From positions 1-60,850 of the IMG/VR virus record IMGVR_UViG_3300033149_001248: a DNA stretch of 60,850 bases; one strand, written 5' to 3'. This document shows, one piece after another, positions 26,029 to 35,346 of the stretch. A program made the position numbers and the translations under genes. The stretch comes from a virus (lineage: Duplodnaviria; Caudoviricetes). The notes under the pieces are model-generated. The model made no database searches and was not told where the DNA came from. It worked only from the letters and a program-made list of their open reading frames with translations. Every line of letters starts with the position of its first letter. The first letter of the stretch is position 1.

Positions 26029-26084
26029 CCCGCCTGCGCCGGGAAAGCCGAACGGGGGTCGGTATCGCGCAGGGGTGCCGACCC
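26029..26084 (+). ncRNA. Kissing-hairpin motif copy 4
   Basis: CCCG[CCTGCGC]CGGG ... GGGTCGGTATC[GCGCAGG]GGTGCCGACCC. Confidence 0.75.
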
Positions 26085-26108
26085 GTTTTACTAGTCTAGG
26101 AGAATCCG

Positions 26109-26357
26109 ATGATTACCGAAGAACAACGACGTCAGTTGCTTGACTTAGTTGGCCAACGTACCCAAACCGAAGACGACGGGCTACGGAACCGGCTAGCCGA
26201 CCTGATCGAACAGGTCATCAAGAGTGGAACGGCCGACCCTTACGAGCAGGGGGTGCTAACGATGCTTCGGTTTGCGAACCTGTCGAGGCGGATTCACCCC
26301 CAGGTTCGGTCCTGCGTAGAATTGGCCCTAACGTTCTACTGGCTGGCCGCAACGTAG
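26109..26357 (+). CDS. Hypothetical early protein
   Basis: CTAGGAGAA RBS. Confidence 0.65.
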   Translation: MITEEQRRQLLDLVGQRTQTEDDGLRNRLADLIEQVIKSGTADPYEQGVLTMLRFANLSRRIHPQVRSCVELALTFYWLAAT

Positions 26358-26374
26358 TAGTAGGGGGAACCGCT

Positions 26375-26788
26375 ATGAAAACGAAGACCGTCTATAAAGT
26401 GCTTAGACGGAGCGGGGGCCGGTTGCTTTCGTCCAACATAGCCGTTCCCGGATGGGAAACCGAATACCAACCCGGCCAACCGACCTATCCTCCACCCCTC
26501 AGCTATCTTTATGCCTTTGATAGTCTAGCCGGTGCTAGGCAATTCGCTAGGGCGATGAACGCCCGGGTAATTAAAAGTCTTCCCGGGGTGGAATATGAGG
26601 TTTGGCAGGCTGAGGCCGAAGTCGTTGACCAAAAACCCCGCCGGATTCACTGGCCGGATACCCCGCCAATCCTAAGGGCATTCTGGGCTAACCAAGACTT
26701 CCCCCTACGGGCTGAAAACTATCCCAGCGCCCCGCCGGGAACGGTCTGGTGTCGATTCGTAACTATTCAATTCAAGCTAAAGGAGTAA
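26375..26788 (+). CDS. Hypothetical early protein
   Basis: RBS, co-oriented. Confidence 0.65.
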   Translation: MKTKTVYKVLRRSGGRLLSSNIAVPGWETEYQPGQPTYPPPLSYLYAFDSLAGARQFARAMNARVIKSLPGVEYEVWQAEAEVVDQKPRRIHWPDTPPILRAFWANQDFPLRAENYPSAPPGTVWCRFVTIQFKLKE

Positions 26789-26791
26789 GTC

Positions 26792-27082
26792 ATGACGCTA
26801 GTTTACAGAGTCGTTCGGCTCGATACCTATGTCCTTAACCAGAAACAGAGGAAAGCCGTTGAGGCGGTCCTGGCTAAGATTCGGGAACTGGGCGCCCAGG
26901 GTATCGACCTGGCCGATGCCCGTTACCGAGTGGTCCGTGCGTTGCGGAATAACAGACCGTTGTATCTGGAAACGGGTTACGCTGGTGGTCCCGGCCGTTT
27001 GTTCGAACCAGTCGATCATAATGACCGGATCGAGGCGGAAACGCTCTGCCAAACTTCGACCCGATGGTTCCGGCTCGTATAA
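26792..27082 (+). CDS. Hypothetical early protein
   Basis: AAGGAG RBS. Confidence 0.6.
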   Translation: MTLVYRVVRLDTYVLNQKQRKAVEAVLAKIRELGAQGIDLADARYRVVRALRNNRPLYLETGYAGGPGRLFEPVDHNDRIEAETLCQTSTRWFRLV

Positions 27083-27127
27083 AATCTAGTTTCGCTTCCA
27101 ACCCACTAGCCTAGGGAGAACGTATCC

Positions 27128-28696
27128 ATGACCGAAGCTAAGACCAAAACTCGAACCAAACGCAAACCCCGTTCGGCTCGGAAGAAACCCGCCCCGCATT
27201 TGATTATCGAGGCCAGAGCGGGTACGGGCAAGACTACGACCCTCATTGAAGGGTTACGGGTTATCACGGGGAAGAAACCCCGGATCAAACCCTCAGAACA
27301 GCAAAGCCGTATTTGGGACGCCATGCGACAGGGGCCGAAACCTAAAACCGTTTGCTTCGTGGCGTTCAACAAGTCGATTGCTACGGAGCTTCAACGACGG
27401 GTTCCGGCCGGTTGTTCGGCCTCGACACTCCATAGCCTAGGGCTTCAGATTATCCGCCAGTCGTATCCCCGGATACGAGTCAACGGAAGTCGAACGGTGA
27501 ACTTACTAGCGGAGCACCTAGGCTATACCCCCAGGGAACTTCGCCGTGACCCGTTCTGGGGGTCGATGGTTTCGCCAATCAGCCAACTAGTACGCCTTGC
27601 TAAGCTCAACCTAATCGACCCCGATCCGACGGCCCTATACGAGCTAGCTTTGCGCTACGGCATAGAGGCCGATGAACGGGTCTGCTCAACGGCAGCCCGT
27701 ATCCTAGAACGTGCCCGTTCGCTGGACGATAATGAGGTTGACTTCGATGACATGGTTTGGCTAGGCGGGGAACTGCCAACGTCAACCATGTTCGACTTGC
27801 TCCTGGTTGACGAAGCCCAAGACCTCAACCCGGCTCAACAACGGCTCGTTCAACGGGTAGGCCGTCGGCTCATCCTCTGCGGTGATCCGTGCCAGGCTAT
27901 CTACGGTTTTGCCGGAGCGGATACCGAAAGCATGACCCGGATGGAGTCGGCCCTATCGCAAACCGAAGTCGGGGTTGAGCACTTGCACCTCACCGTTACC
28001 CGTCGCTGCGGACGGGCGATTGTTGAAGAGGCGAAACCCTACGTTCCCCAGTTTGAAGCGCACCCGGATAATCCCGAGGGTCGAGTTAGCTTTACCCAGC
28101 TAACCGGCCCCCAGGGTTCAACGGTGCTAGACCTAGCGGAACCTGGCGACATGGTTCTGAGTCGGGTCAACGCCCCGCTCGTATCGCTCTGCTTCCGGTT
28201 CATCAAAGCCGGTCGGAAAGCGTCGATCCAGGGGCGCGACATAGGCCAAAACCTAACTAGTACAATCAACCGGCTCTGCAAGCCGGATGATACGGTGGTC
28301 CGGCTCCTAGACCGGCTAGCCGAATGGCTAGACCGGGAAGTGTCCAAAGAACGGGCCAAGGCCGGGGGCCGTTACAATCCTGAAGGGCGCATCGCAGCCC
28401 TCCAAGACCGGCACGATTGTATCGTGGCGTTTACTGACGAAGCAAAGACGGTGCGCGAAGTGCTTGCTAAAATCGAGCAAGTGTTTACCGATGACGAAGA
28501 CCGGCCTGATATCCGGTTATCGTCTATCCATAAGGCTAAGGGCCTGGAGGCTGACCGGGTCTTTGTTCTCCGGAACCGTCACGCCCCGCTGCCTCACCCC
28601 ATGGCTAAACTGGCATGGGAAAAAGAGCAGGAACGTAACCTAACCTACGTAGCTATTACCCGAGCTATTCAAACCCTCGTTTGGGTAGGCGACTAA
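27128..28696 (+). CDS. UvrD/Rep-family SF1 helicase
   Basis: ARAGTGKTT, VDEAQD, GDPCQAIYGF, SIHKAKGLE, YVAITRA. Confidence 0.92.
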   Translation: MTEAKTKTRTKRKPRSARKKPAPHLIIEARAGTGKTTTLIEGLRVITGKKPRIKPSEQQSRIWDAMRQGPKPKTVCFVAFNKSIATELQRRVPAGCSASTLHSLGLQIIRQSYPRIRVNGSRTVNLLAEHLGYTPRELRRDPFWGSMVSPISQLVRLAKLNLIDPDPTALYELALRYGIEADERVCSTAARILERARSLDDNEVDFDDMVWLGGELPTSTMFDLLLVDEAQDLNPAQQRLVQRVGRRLILCGDPCQAIYGFAGADTESMTRMESALSQTEVGVEHLHLTVTRRCGRAIVEEAKPYVPQFEAHPDNPEGRVSFTQLTGPQGSTVLDLAEPGDMVLSRVNAPLVSLCFRFIKAGRKASIQGRDIGQNLTSTINRLCKPDDTVVRLLDRLAEWLDREVSKERAKAGGRYNPEGRIAALQDRHDCIVAFTDEAKTVREVLAKIEQVFTDDEDRPDIRLSSIHKAKGLEADRVFVLRNRHAPLPHPMAKLAWEKEQERNLTYVAITRAIQTLVWVGD

Positions 28697-28711
28697 CCTA
28701 GGAGACTAACC

Positions 28712-28921
28712 ATGGTCAGACCAAAGACCCCGAAGACCCGCTGCGCTAACTGCGGTAAGACGATGACCGACCCGATGCAAGAGCGCTACACCTGCCCCTA
28801 CTGCGGTTGTAGCCCCGTTCCGAGTCGGGTTTACCCGGCGGATAGCGGCTTTCATCCCAAGACCCTAACCCCCCGGCTCCGCCAACTAATCGAGCAACGG
28901 CGCAGGGCCGCTCAGAGCTAG
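28712..28921 (+). CDS. Small Zn-ribbon protein
   Basis: CANCG...CPYCG. Confidence 0.7.
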   Translation: MVRPKTPKTRCANCGKTMTDPMQERYTCPYCGCSPVPSRVYPADSGFHPKTLTPRLRQLIEQRRRAAQS

Positions 28922-28984
28922 GCTAGAGCCTCGGTTGTTCGTTATCGCCCGCTCCGCCATACCATATAGCCGTTTTCCCTAGGC

Positions 28985-29027
28985 ACCGCCCCCGTAGTTA
29001 GCTCGTAGCGCTGCGGGGGCGGTTTTT
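28985..29027 (+). terminator. Intrinsic terminator ending the early operon
   Basis: ACCGCCCCCGTAG/CTGCGGGGGCGGT plus T-run. Confidence 0.8.
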
Positions 29028-29522
29028 CTATGCGCTCGGGGTCGGGGAACGGCGGGAGAACGGGAATCTAGCCTAGGTTCCTGCCCCCGACGGCCCGAGA
29101 ACCGACCGTTCCGGCTCTGCTCCGGCCCATAGCCCAAATCTCCCGGCCCCCAACGGTTCCGAAGCCGGGCAGGGGGAGAATTTGGGCTATGGCCGCTGTA
29201 GGGCCTAGAATCGGGTTTCCGTACCTTCGGGGGGTAGCTTAGAACGGTTATGCTTCCGCGGATTCGGCCGGGGAATCCTAGGGGGGCCGTTTCTAGGTCC
29301 GGAGCAAACCGCCGTTTCTAGGGCCGGAGCGGGCCATAGCCCCAATCCTAGGCCGTCCACGGGGTTTCGGCCGTCGGCCGTAGGGGTTCGATCCTGGGGG
29401 TTATAGAGGGGCCAAACAGAACAAAGAGAAACCGCCCCCGCCGTAGGGGCCGTCGAGCGGAGTGGAGCGCTGCGGGGGAGAAACCCGACGGCAGGGGGCG
29501 GGGGCGGTTCAGGGGTCTGAGG

Positions 29523-30368
29523 CTAGGTGCCGGGGGTCCATAGGGGAATAGGGTTGCGGATTATTACATGCGGTACGTTCTCCGTTCCGGTCGTAGAGTC
29601 GGGGTTGGGTTCGGGGGCTTCGGCCGATTCGGCCAGGTTCCCCAGGGCGTCCCAGTCTTCGCCCGGCCATGAGAGGCTAGGTTCATGACGTCGGTTACCC
29701 GTAACCGAAGGTAGGTCGGAACGGTGCTGGGCTAGGCTAGGCCAGTGGACGTATTCGTACAGACCGGCCTGGCGGATAGCCGTAACGATAGCTCCGTCAA
29801 CGCTCCGCCAACCCCGGGTCGAGTCGCGCAAACGATCACGCATATGGGGGGCGATCAAAACCCGACTTAGTACGTCGGCCGGAAACACCAGCGCTACGGC
29901 GCCTAATCCCCGTTGAAGGCTAGGTCGATGAAAGCCGGGTCGAGGCGGTCCGTCTTTCGATTCTTGCCTGAGCAACTGCTCATAGGTTCGATACGTGTAT
30001 AGGTTCCAGTAGCCGTCCTTTGGTCCTGGCCTGCGCTCTAGGTAGGGCCGAACGTTTCGGCAGAGGCGCAGGTCATCCTGGAAGATAGCTAGGTGGGTTG
30101 AGCCGGGGGTGCGTATCCATAGCTCCCATGCCGCTAGTACCCAAGCACCCGCTGTTCGTGCCGGGGGTCGGTGGACGGTTACGGCTTGAGGGGCGGGGTC
30201 TAGGGAGTCGATAGCTCGTTGCGCTTCCTCGGTCAACGGCCCGTCAACTGATAACAGATGGACGGTGCGAAACCCGCTCCGTACTATTGATTGATAGCTT
30301 CGCAGGGTTTCTCCGTTAGCTAGTCGTTCGGGAACGGTCGTCATTGCTACAGCCCAACGATAGGCCAT
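29523..30368 (-). CDS. GT-A fold glycosyltransferase
   Basis: AIFQDDLRLC, GAVALVF, WPSLAQH. Confidence 0.7.
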   Translation of the reverse strand: MAYRWAVAMTTVPERLANGETLRSYQSIVRSGFRTVHLLSVDGPLTEEAQRAIDSLDPAPQAVTVHRPPARTAGAWVLAAWELWIRTPGSTHLAIFQDDLRLCRNVRPYLERRPGPKDGYWNLYTYRTYEQLLRQESKDGPPRPGFHRPSLQRGLGAVALVFPADVLSRVLIAPHMRDRLRDSTRGWRSVDGAIVTAIRQAGLYEYVHWPSLAQHRSDLPSVTGNRRHEPSLSWPGEDWDALGNLAESAEAPEPNPDSTTGTENVPHVIIRNPIPLWTPGT

Positions 30369-30370
30369 GG

Positions 30371-31333
30371 TTAGGTCTCCTGTCGGTTAGCGGGTTCGGA
30401 TAGCTTTGCGTTTTGAAGATAGCACGTTACCCGTCCGACGCTTCCCCCTAACTGGTCGAGGCGGGTAACGTGTTGAATGCCAGCAGGTCGCCGAAGTCCT
30501 CGACGCATGGCGGTCGAGTAGTGGGTTCTAGTAACCTGTGCGGGGGCATCGGTTTGTCGATCTAACGATCCCCAACCCCGTAAAGGTACGCCACAACGGG
30601 GGCAGTAGAAACGGGCTTGTTCTCCGAAGACTTCCCAGCCCTGCTTCCACCAACCCGGCTCGACCGTCACTCCTAGGTCGGGCCAATCGGGTTCCCCGTA
30701 ATGGAAGGTAGCTAGCGCCCCGGCTATCTCGCAAAAGTAGCCCCTTAACCGGCCGTTGACAACAGCGACCATCGCTGACCAGTGGCGGTTAATATCGCAA
30801 CGGGTAATCTTCGCCCACTGTTGTTCGGGCGGTAGTAGGTCTTGAACGGCCGTAAGGATCGGCGGGTGTCGGCTAGGCTGGTCGAGGCCGAACGGTTTTG
30901 CTTCGGGCCAACCCCTCCGTATCTCGTTAAATGCTTCCCTTGAACCGTGAACGTTAAGGTTGCTGTAGGCCGGGTTAAACGTCTTCGCGCAAACGGGGCC
31001 GTATTGGTAGATACGGTTGGACCAGAGGCCGCACTGTTCGGCCGGGAAGTACCGTTGAAGAATCTCGCAGAGTAGGGCGAACTGCGAATGGAGGCAGGGG
31101 TTTCCGCCGAAGACGCCTACCACGCCCCAATAGCCCCGCAGACTAGCTACCGCTCGTTCAAACTGCTCGGGCGTCATAGTCGTATCCCAGCCAATCTTTC
31201 GCCAATCGCATAGCTGGGTACAGTTAGGGCAAGAGCCGTCGCAATGGGACGTTACCCGAATCTGAATAACGCCTTCGCGCGGTTTGCCCGGTCGGCGGTC
31301 TCTGGGGAGAATCATTACTTCATATGGTTCCAT
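30371..31333 (-). CDS. Radical SAM protein
   Basis: TSHCDGSCPNC, FGGNPCLH; C-terminal Cys cluster. Confidence 0.85.
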   Translation of the reverse strand: MEPYEVMILPRDRRPGKPREGVIQIRVTSHCDGSCPNCTQLCDWRKIGWDTTMTPEQFERAVASLRGYWGVVGVFGGNPCLHSQFALLCEILQRYFPAEQCGLWSNRIYQYGPVCAKTFNPAYSNLNVHGSREAFNEIRRGWPEAKPFGLDQPSRHPPILTAVQDLLPPEQQWAKITRCDINRHWSAMVAVVNGRLRGYFCEIAGALATFHYGEPDWPDLGVTVEPGWWKQGWEVFGEQARFYCPRCGVPLRGWGSLDRQTDAPAQVTRTHYSTAMRRGLRRPAGIQHVTRLDQLGGSVGRVTCYLQNAKLSEPANRQET

Positions 31334-31336
31334 GGC

Positions 31337-32119
31337 TCAATCCCTACTGCTAGGGTTGGAAAGTCGTTCGTGTTGGTATCGGTCGGCCCCCTGCTTACCT
31401 CGACGTTGGCGAAGATAGTCAGCTAGCCGTCGCTGTCGCTGGAGGCTTTTGGAGGGAAGCCGGTTTTGGCTATCGGGTAGGGTTCGACCGCACCAGTTGA
31501 TTCCGCACGGGCCTAGGTGAAGCACGGGCCACTCTAGTCGTATTCGATGCTTTCTAGGCCAAAGGGCTTGGAACCAACTATCCGCTCCCCCGGCGTGTCG
31601 CCAATCGGTCTGATGCCAAGGGGGTTCGGGTAAGTGGGGGTCTTCGGCATGGAATATCTGCGTATAGCCTGGCCACTCGGCTAGGTTTCGATGCATAGGT
31701 AGTTTGTCCCATTGATCCTCTGGCGGGATAGGGTCGAAAGCGCGATCCAGGATGTATCGTTTCGGGCCGTAGAGGTAGCCTACTTGCAAGTCCAGCAAGG
31801 GGGCTTTCCTCGGCCAGAGAATATCTACGTCCATCAGACACATCCAGCCCCACCGCCCGAACCAGTCTAACGCCTCTTCCAAAGCTAGCCACTTGTTAAA
31901 GTCGGCTCCGTCTTTGTAAAACGATTCGGTTTCATAGATACAAACCCGGAGACCGTTTCGCCGCGATATGTCAATAGCAACGTCTTTGGTTTTCCGGTCG
32001 TAGGGAGTAGTAACGATAAGTAGCTTTTGGAAGTGATGTATGTTCCAAGGCAACGTTCGCGCTAGGATGTCCGCGAAGTCAACGCAAACTATAGCTGCTC
32101 GTAGCTGGGGTTTAGGCAT
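31337..32119 (-). CDS. GT-A (family-2-like) glycosyltransferase
   Basis: CVDFADIL, FNKW, LMDVDI DxD, GYTQIF, VLHLG. Confidence 0.75.
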   Translation of the reverse strand: MPKPQLRAAIVCVDFADILARTLPWNIHHFQKLLIVTTPYDRKTKDVAIDISRRNGLRVCIYETESFYKDGADFNKWLALEEALDWFGRWGWMCLMDVDILWPRKAPLLDLQVGYLYGPKRYILDRAFDPIPPEDQWDKLPMHRNLAEWPGYTQIFHAEDPHLPEPPWHQTDWRHAGGADSWFQALWPRKHRIRLEWPVLHLGPCGINWCGRTLPDSQNRLPSKSLQRQRRLADYLRQRRGKQGADRYQHERLSNPSSRD

Positions 32120-32136
32120 GATCGGTCTCCTATCCG

Positions 32137-33255
32137 CTAAGCAAATATGTTCTCCGGTTGCGGCTTACAACTGGCGGTTGATGGAACGGAGGCATGGTAG
32201 TTAATCCTAAGCCTATCTATGGCAAGGGATAGTTGAATCCCTAGGTAGCGATAGTTGTAATGACGAACGGCTAACCTAGCGTAATGGTACTGTCGGTCAG
32301 TGTAGTAGTCGGCTAGGGCTTGTCGTACCGCACCACGAACCTGTGCAGGGGTAGCGTCGGTGGGAATACGAATCAGGTTTTCATCAATACCCGGCAACCG
32401 ATCCTCTGGCGGTAGGTCTGTGATTACCCGACAGCCTACTGCCGTTGACTCTATAATCTTGCGCAGGGCATAGCCGTACCGACTACAAGTACAAATTGAC
32501 ACCTTGTAGTGGCTCAACTTATGGAGGTAGCTAGGCGTTAGGCACCCACGCCGGTGGTAGCCCGGGTGATGCTGGAAGTCAACTAGGTTAGCTAGCTCTG
32601 TGCTTCCGTATAGTCGTTTGCGTAGCGGGTAGTGACGGCTAATAGCCCCCGTAAGAATAGCCGGTTTCCGACGGCGGCCAAGACGAAACGGTGGAAGCGC
32701 GTTGGGGTCGATGCTATGGTAGGTACGGATTAGGTGTTGTGGTCTCACGTAGGGGGCTAAGTGAGCAACTATCTGAGGGTGGTAGTAGATAATCCACGCG
32801 TGGCATCCCATCTCTATAGCGCCGCGGCGGTGGTAGATAGGACGGTGATGGGCGTCTTTGAGGATAGTGAGCTTGAATATGTCGGGTCGCTCGGCTAGCG
32901 CCTCTACATGGGTAAACCGCGCGCGGTATTCTCGCCAGTCGCCCTGAGCTACGTCCCACTCACGCTTGTCTTGAACCACGACTACATCGGTTTCTGGTCG
33001 CTGTTCTAGAATCCGGCGCACGTCGGTGTCCCCGTTAGGCAGGTTGAATCCCCATAACTCATACCCTGCGTGCTGTAGCGCTAGCATAATCTGCCACCCT
33101 TCATCGGTCATATGGTGGCGCATAGACTCTACGGCTAGCGCCAACCGCCCCCCGTTACCACACGGTCGATTCTGGGGGGAATAGGTAGGCGCTGGCAAGG
33201 GTTGCATACCGCGCGGTCTAGGCAACTGGCTGACAATCTTGCTTAACGGATTCAT
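32137..33255 (-). CDS. GT-B (CgeB-like) glycosyltransferase
   Basis: GAISRHYPLR, HPGY, YALRKIIESTAVGC. Confidence 0.65.
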   Translation of the reverse strand: MNPLSKIVSQLPRPRGMQPLPAPTYSPQNRPCGNGGRLALAVESMRHHMTDEGWQIMLALQHAGYELWGFNLPNGDTDVRRILEQRPETDVVVVQDKREWDVAQGDWREYRARFTHVEALAERPDIFKLTILKDAHHRPIYHRRGAIEMGCHAWIIYYHPQIVAHLAPYVRPQHLIRTYHSIDPNALPPFRLGRRRKPAILTGAISRHYPLRKRLYGSTELANLVDFQHHPGYHRRGCLTPSYLHKLSHYKVSICTCSRYGYALRKIIESTAVGCRVITDLPPEDRLPGIDENLIRIPTDATPAQVRGAVRQALADYYTDRQYHYARLAVRHYNYRYLGIQLSLAIDRLRINYHASVPSTASCKPQPENIFA

Positions 33256-33529
33256 AGGCTCGTGCTCGGTGAATGGCGTAGGTGACTAGTTGGCGGGCGA
33301 CTCGTCTAGAGAACGGCAAGTGCCGCTGGTGGGCGCTTTCTGCCAACCAATCAACGATAGTCTCCAGGTTTTCTTCGCACCAATCCGGTCCCATCTCGTC
33401 CATCAACAACGCGCGCTGGTCGCACTGGCACCCATCCCCGGAACGGATCCAAAACCGGGCTAGAATCCGCTTCAGCTGGGTACCTGGTCCGTTAGGGTTA
33501 GGTGAGTTTGACGATATAGGCGTCTGCAT
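33218..33529 (-). CDS. Small Cys-containing hypothetical protein
   Basis: GPGTQLK...CQCDQRA..MDEMGPDWCEEN..TIVDWL. Confidence 0.65.
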   Translation of the reverse strand: MQTPISSNSPNPNGPGTQLKRILARFWIRSGDGCQCDQRALLMDEMGPDWCEENLETIVDWLAESAHQRHLPFSRRVARQLVTYAIHRARAYESVKQDCQPVA

Positions 33530-34412
33530 CTGAAATATACAGGTCTCCAGGGGAACCGTATATCTTGCTATAGTCAATCGTTACCCGTAAGTCGTAGTTA
33601 TCGGTTCCAGCTATCCAAAGCAACGATGTCTGAACGTAAAGCGTATAGGCGTCCTCGTAAATTAGTCTAGCGGTATCGAAGGCCTGCTGGGCTAAGCCGG
33701 TCGTTTCTAGGGTTAGTAAGGCTCGCCCGATCTGGGGGCGGTACTTATCATATTGGTGAGTGTGGCCGTCGGCCGTCGTTGTATCCTCTTGACTATAGTT
33801 AGAAACCGACCCCCAACCCGTCTGGGATATGGCGGCCCAAACGTGAACGTAGTATATGGACCCTTCGGATGAACTACTAATGAACGGGTCAACGTTGCTA
33901 GAAACCGTTTGGAGGGTTAGTCCCATAGAGGCCAAGTCGTTACCCGAACTAACGCTCCAACCTAGGGCAGCCGACCCGCCGCTAAGGGTTTGAGACGGGG
34001 CGGCATTGAACGAGCCTAGCTTTGCTGCCTTCGGCCCCGGCGCACCCGTTCGTGTAGCAATCCACCGGCCCCACTTATCCCGAACGGCTAGAATCCAATC
34101 GTTTTCTAGCTCGTGGTCAAACGGGTTATAGACTGTAACGGGGTGTGATTCGACCTGAACTATTCGGTTATCTGATTCTCGAATCTGGTAGATATAGCAC
34201 TGGGCCGAACCCGGCGTAGTGTAACCGCCGAAAGTCGTTGCGGCGGGGATCGTACCTGTACCAACGGGGTGCGCTAGATAGACTTCGGGGGCATAGCGTA
34301 AGAACCGATCAGGCCTCTGTACACGATTGGGGATAGGTCGCTGCCGATCTATTCGGCCTAGATAGCCCCGTAGCTTCGCTAGGCTCTGCTCACCCAATAC
34401 GTAGATACCCAT
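33498..34412 (-). CDS. Putative tail-tip/baseplate-associated protein
   Basis: Position after tape measure; beta-rich C-terminus. Confidence 0.45.
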   Translation of the reverse strand: MGIYVLGEQSLAKLRGYLGRIDRQRPIPNRVQRPDRFLRYAPEVYLAHPVGTGTIPAATTFGGYTTPGSAQCYIYQIRESDNRIVQVESHPVTVYNPFDHELENDWILAVRDKWGRWIATRTGAPGPKAAKLGSFNAAPSQTLSGGSAALGWSVSSGNDLASMGLTLQTVSSNVDPFISSSSEGSIYYVHVWAAISQTGWGSVSNYSQEDTTTADGHTHQYDKYRPQIGRALLTLETTGLAQQAFDTARLIYEDAYTLYVQTSLLWIAGTDNYDLRVTIDYSKIYGSPGDLYISDADAYIVKLT

Positions 34413-34414
34413 GG

Positions 34415-34873
34415 CTATCCCTCCGATGGAACTGCATAGACGGTGATCTGGCTTGGTCTGCCTAGTGAGCGGAGTAGAATATCGGGGCTGGAAGGTTTCC
34501 CGGCTAGGAAGCGCCGAGGCGGGACTAGCCAGGTGCCGGAAACCCCCGGTTCAATCCCCGAACCGATAAGTACCTCGACCCCTCGACCGGCATAGCTTTC
34601 CGGCTCATCGTTAACAATTACAAGCATCTCCGGGCTTTTCGCCCAAGCCAGGTCTAACGGGGTCCACTCGCTGGGCACTAACAACGGCCGTCGGTAGAGA
34701 CCGTCATAGGTATCTAGCAAGGTCTCAAACCGATGGTCGGCTTGCTCTGTCCGTTCAGCCGTATCAGTGAAGTAGATTGTTAGAATAGCTGCCAAACGGG
34801 CTACTGGAGTCGGTCGAGCGGGAACGTCGGCAGGGGCTAGCTCCGACGGGTCGATATGGTTGGGCAACGACAT
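34415..34873 (-). CDS. Hypothetical virion protein
   Basis: GGAG RBS before MSLPNH. Confidence 0.5.
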   Translation of the reverse strand: MSLPNHIDPSELAPADVPARPTPVARLAAILTIYFTDTAERTEQADHRFETLLDTYDGLYRRPLLVPSEWTPLDLAWAKSPEMLVIVNDEPESYAGRGVEVLIGSGIEPGVSGTWLVPPRRFLAGKPSSPDILLRSLGRPSQITVYAVPSEG

Positions 34874-34901
34874 GGCTCCACTCCATTCTCTAGGGAAAAG
34901 A

Positions 34902-35333
34902 CTAGGATTCAAACGCCTCAACCAGTAGGTCCGCCACTCCGCCGTCGCAACGAGCCCATAGCTGGTTAGCGGCTCCCAGGGTTCCCGTACCGCTAGTGCC
35001 GGTGCTGAGGTCACGGCTCAGGTAGCTGCTCAGGCGGAAGATATAGTTTTCCCCTGGCTTCAATTCGATCATGGGGAAGAAACGGTCACTATCGCTGTCA
35101 TATATCCCAACATGAATCGTGTAGGTATCATCGAGGTTTTGCATACGACACATCCCCGGATGGGCCAACTCGGATAGGTCTATCTGAGTACCCATGGCCC
35201 CAACGGAAACTGCCCCGGGAGATGGGCCTTTAGCCCCGTCCATGTCGGCACGAAACGAGGTAGGCCGGGAAGCGTAGTCGATCTGGCCGGAACTGATAAC
35301 TAGTTGTCCTGTAACGGTGATCTCGTTGGCCAT
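34902..35333 (-). CDS. Hypothetical virion protein
   Basis: MANEITVT..., tail module. Confidence 0.55.
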   Translation of the reverse strand: MANEITVTGQLVISSGQIDYASRPTSFRADMDGAKGPSPGAVSVGAMGTQIDLSELAHPGMCRMQNLDDTYTIHVGIYDSDSDRFFPMIELKPGENYIFRLSSYLSRDLSTGTSGTGTLGAANQLWARCDGGVADLLVEAFES

Positions 35334-35346
35334 CGTTTGTTCTCCG

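Noticed and set aside
22149-27122. CRISPR array or integron attC sites in the repeated early-region motifs
   Set aside because: Repeats are separated by whole genes of variable length; no cas genes, integrase or attC core sites
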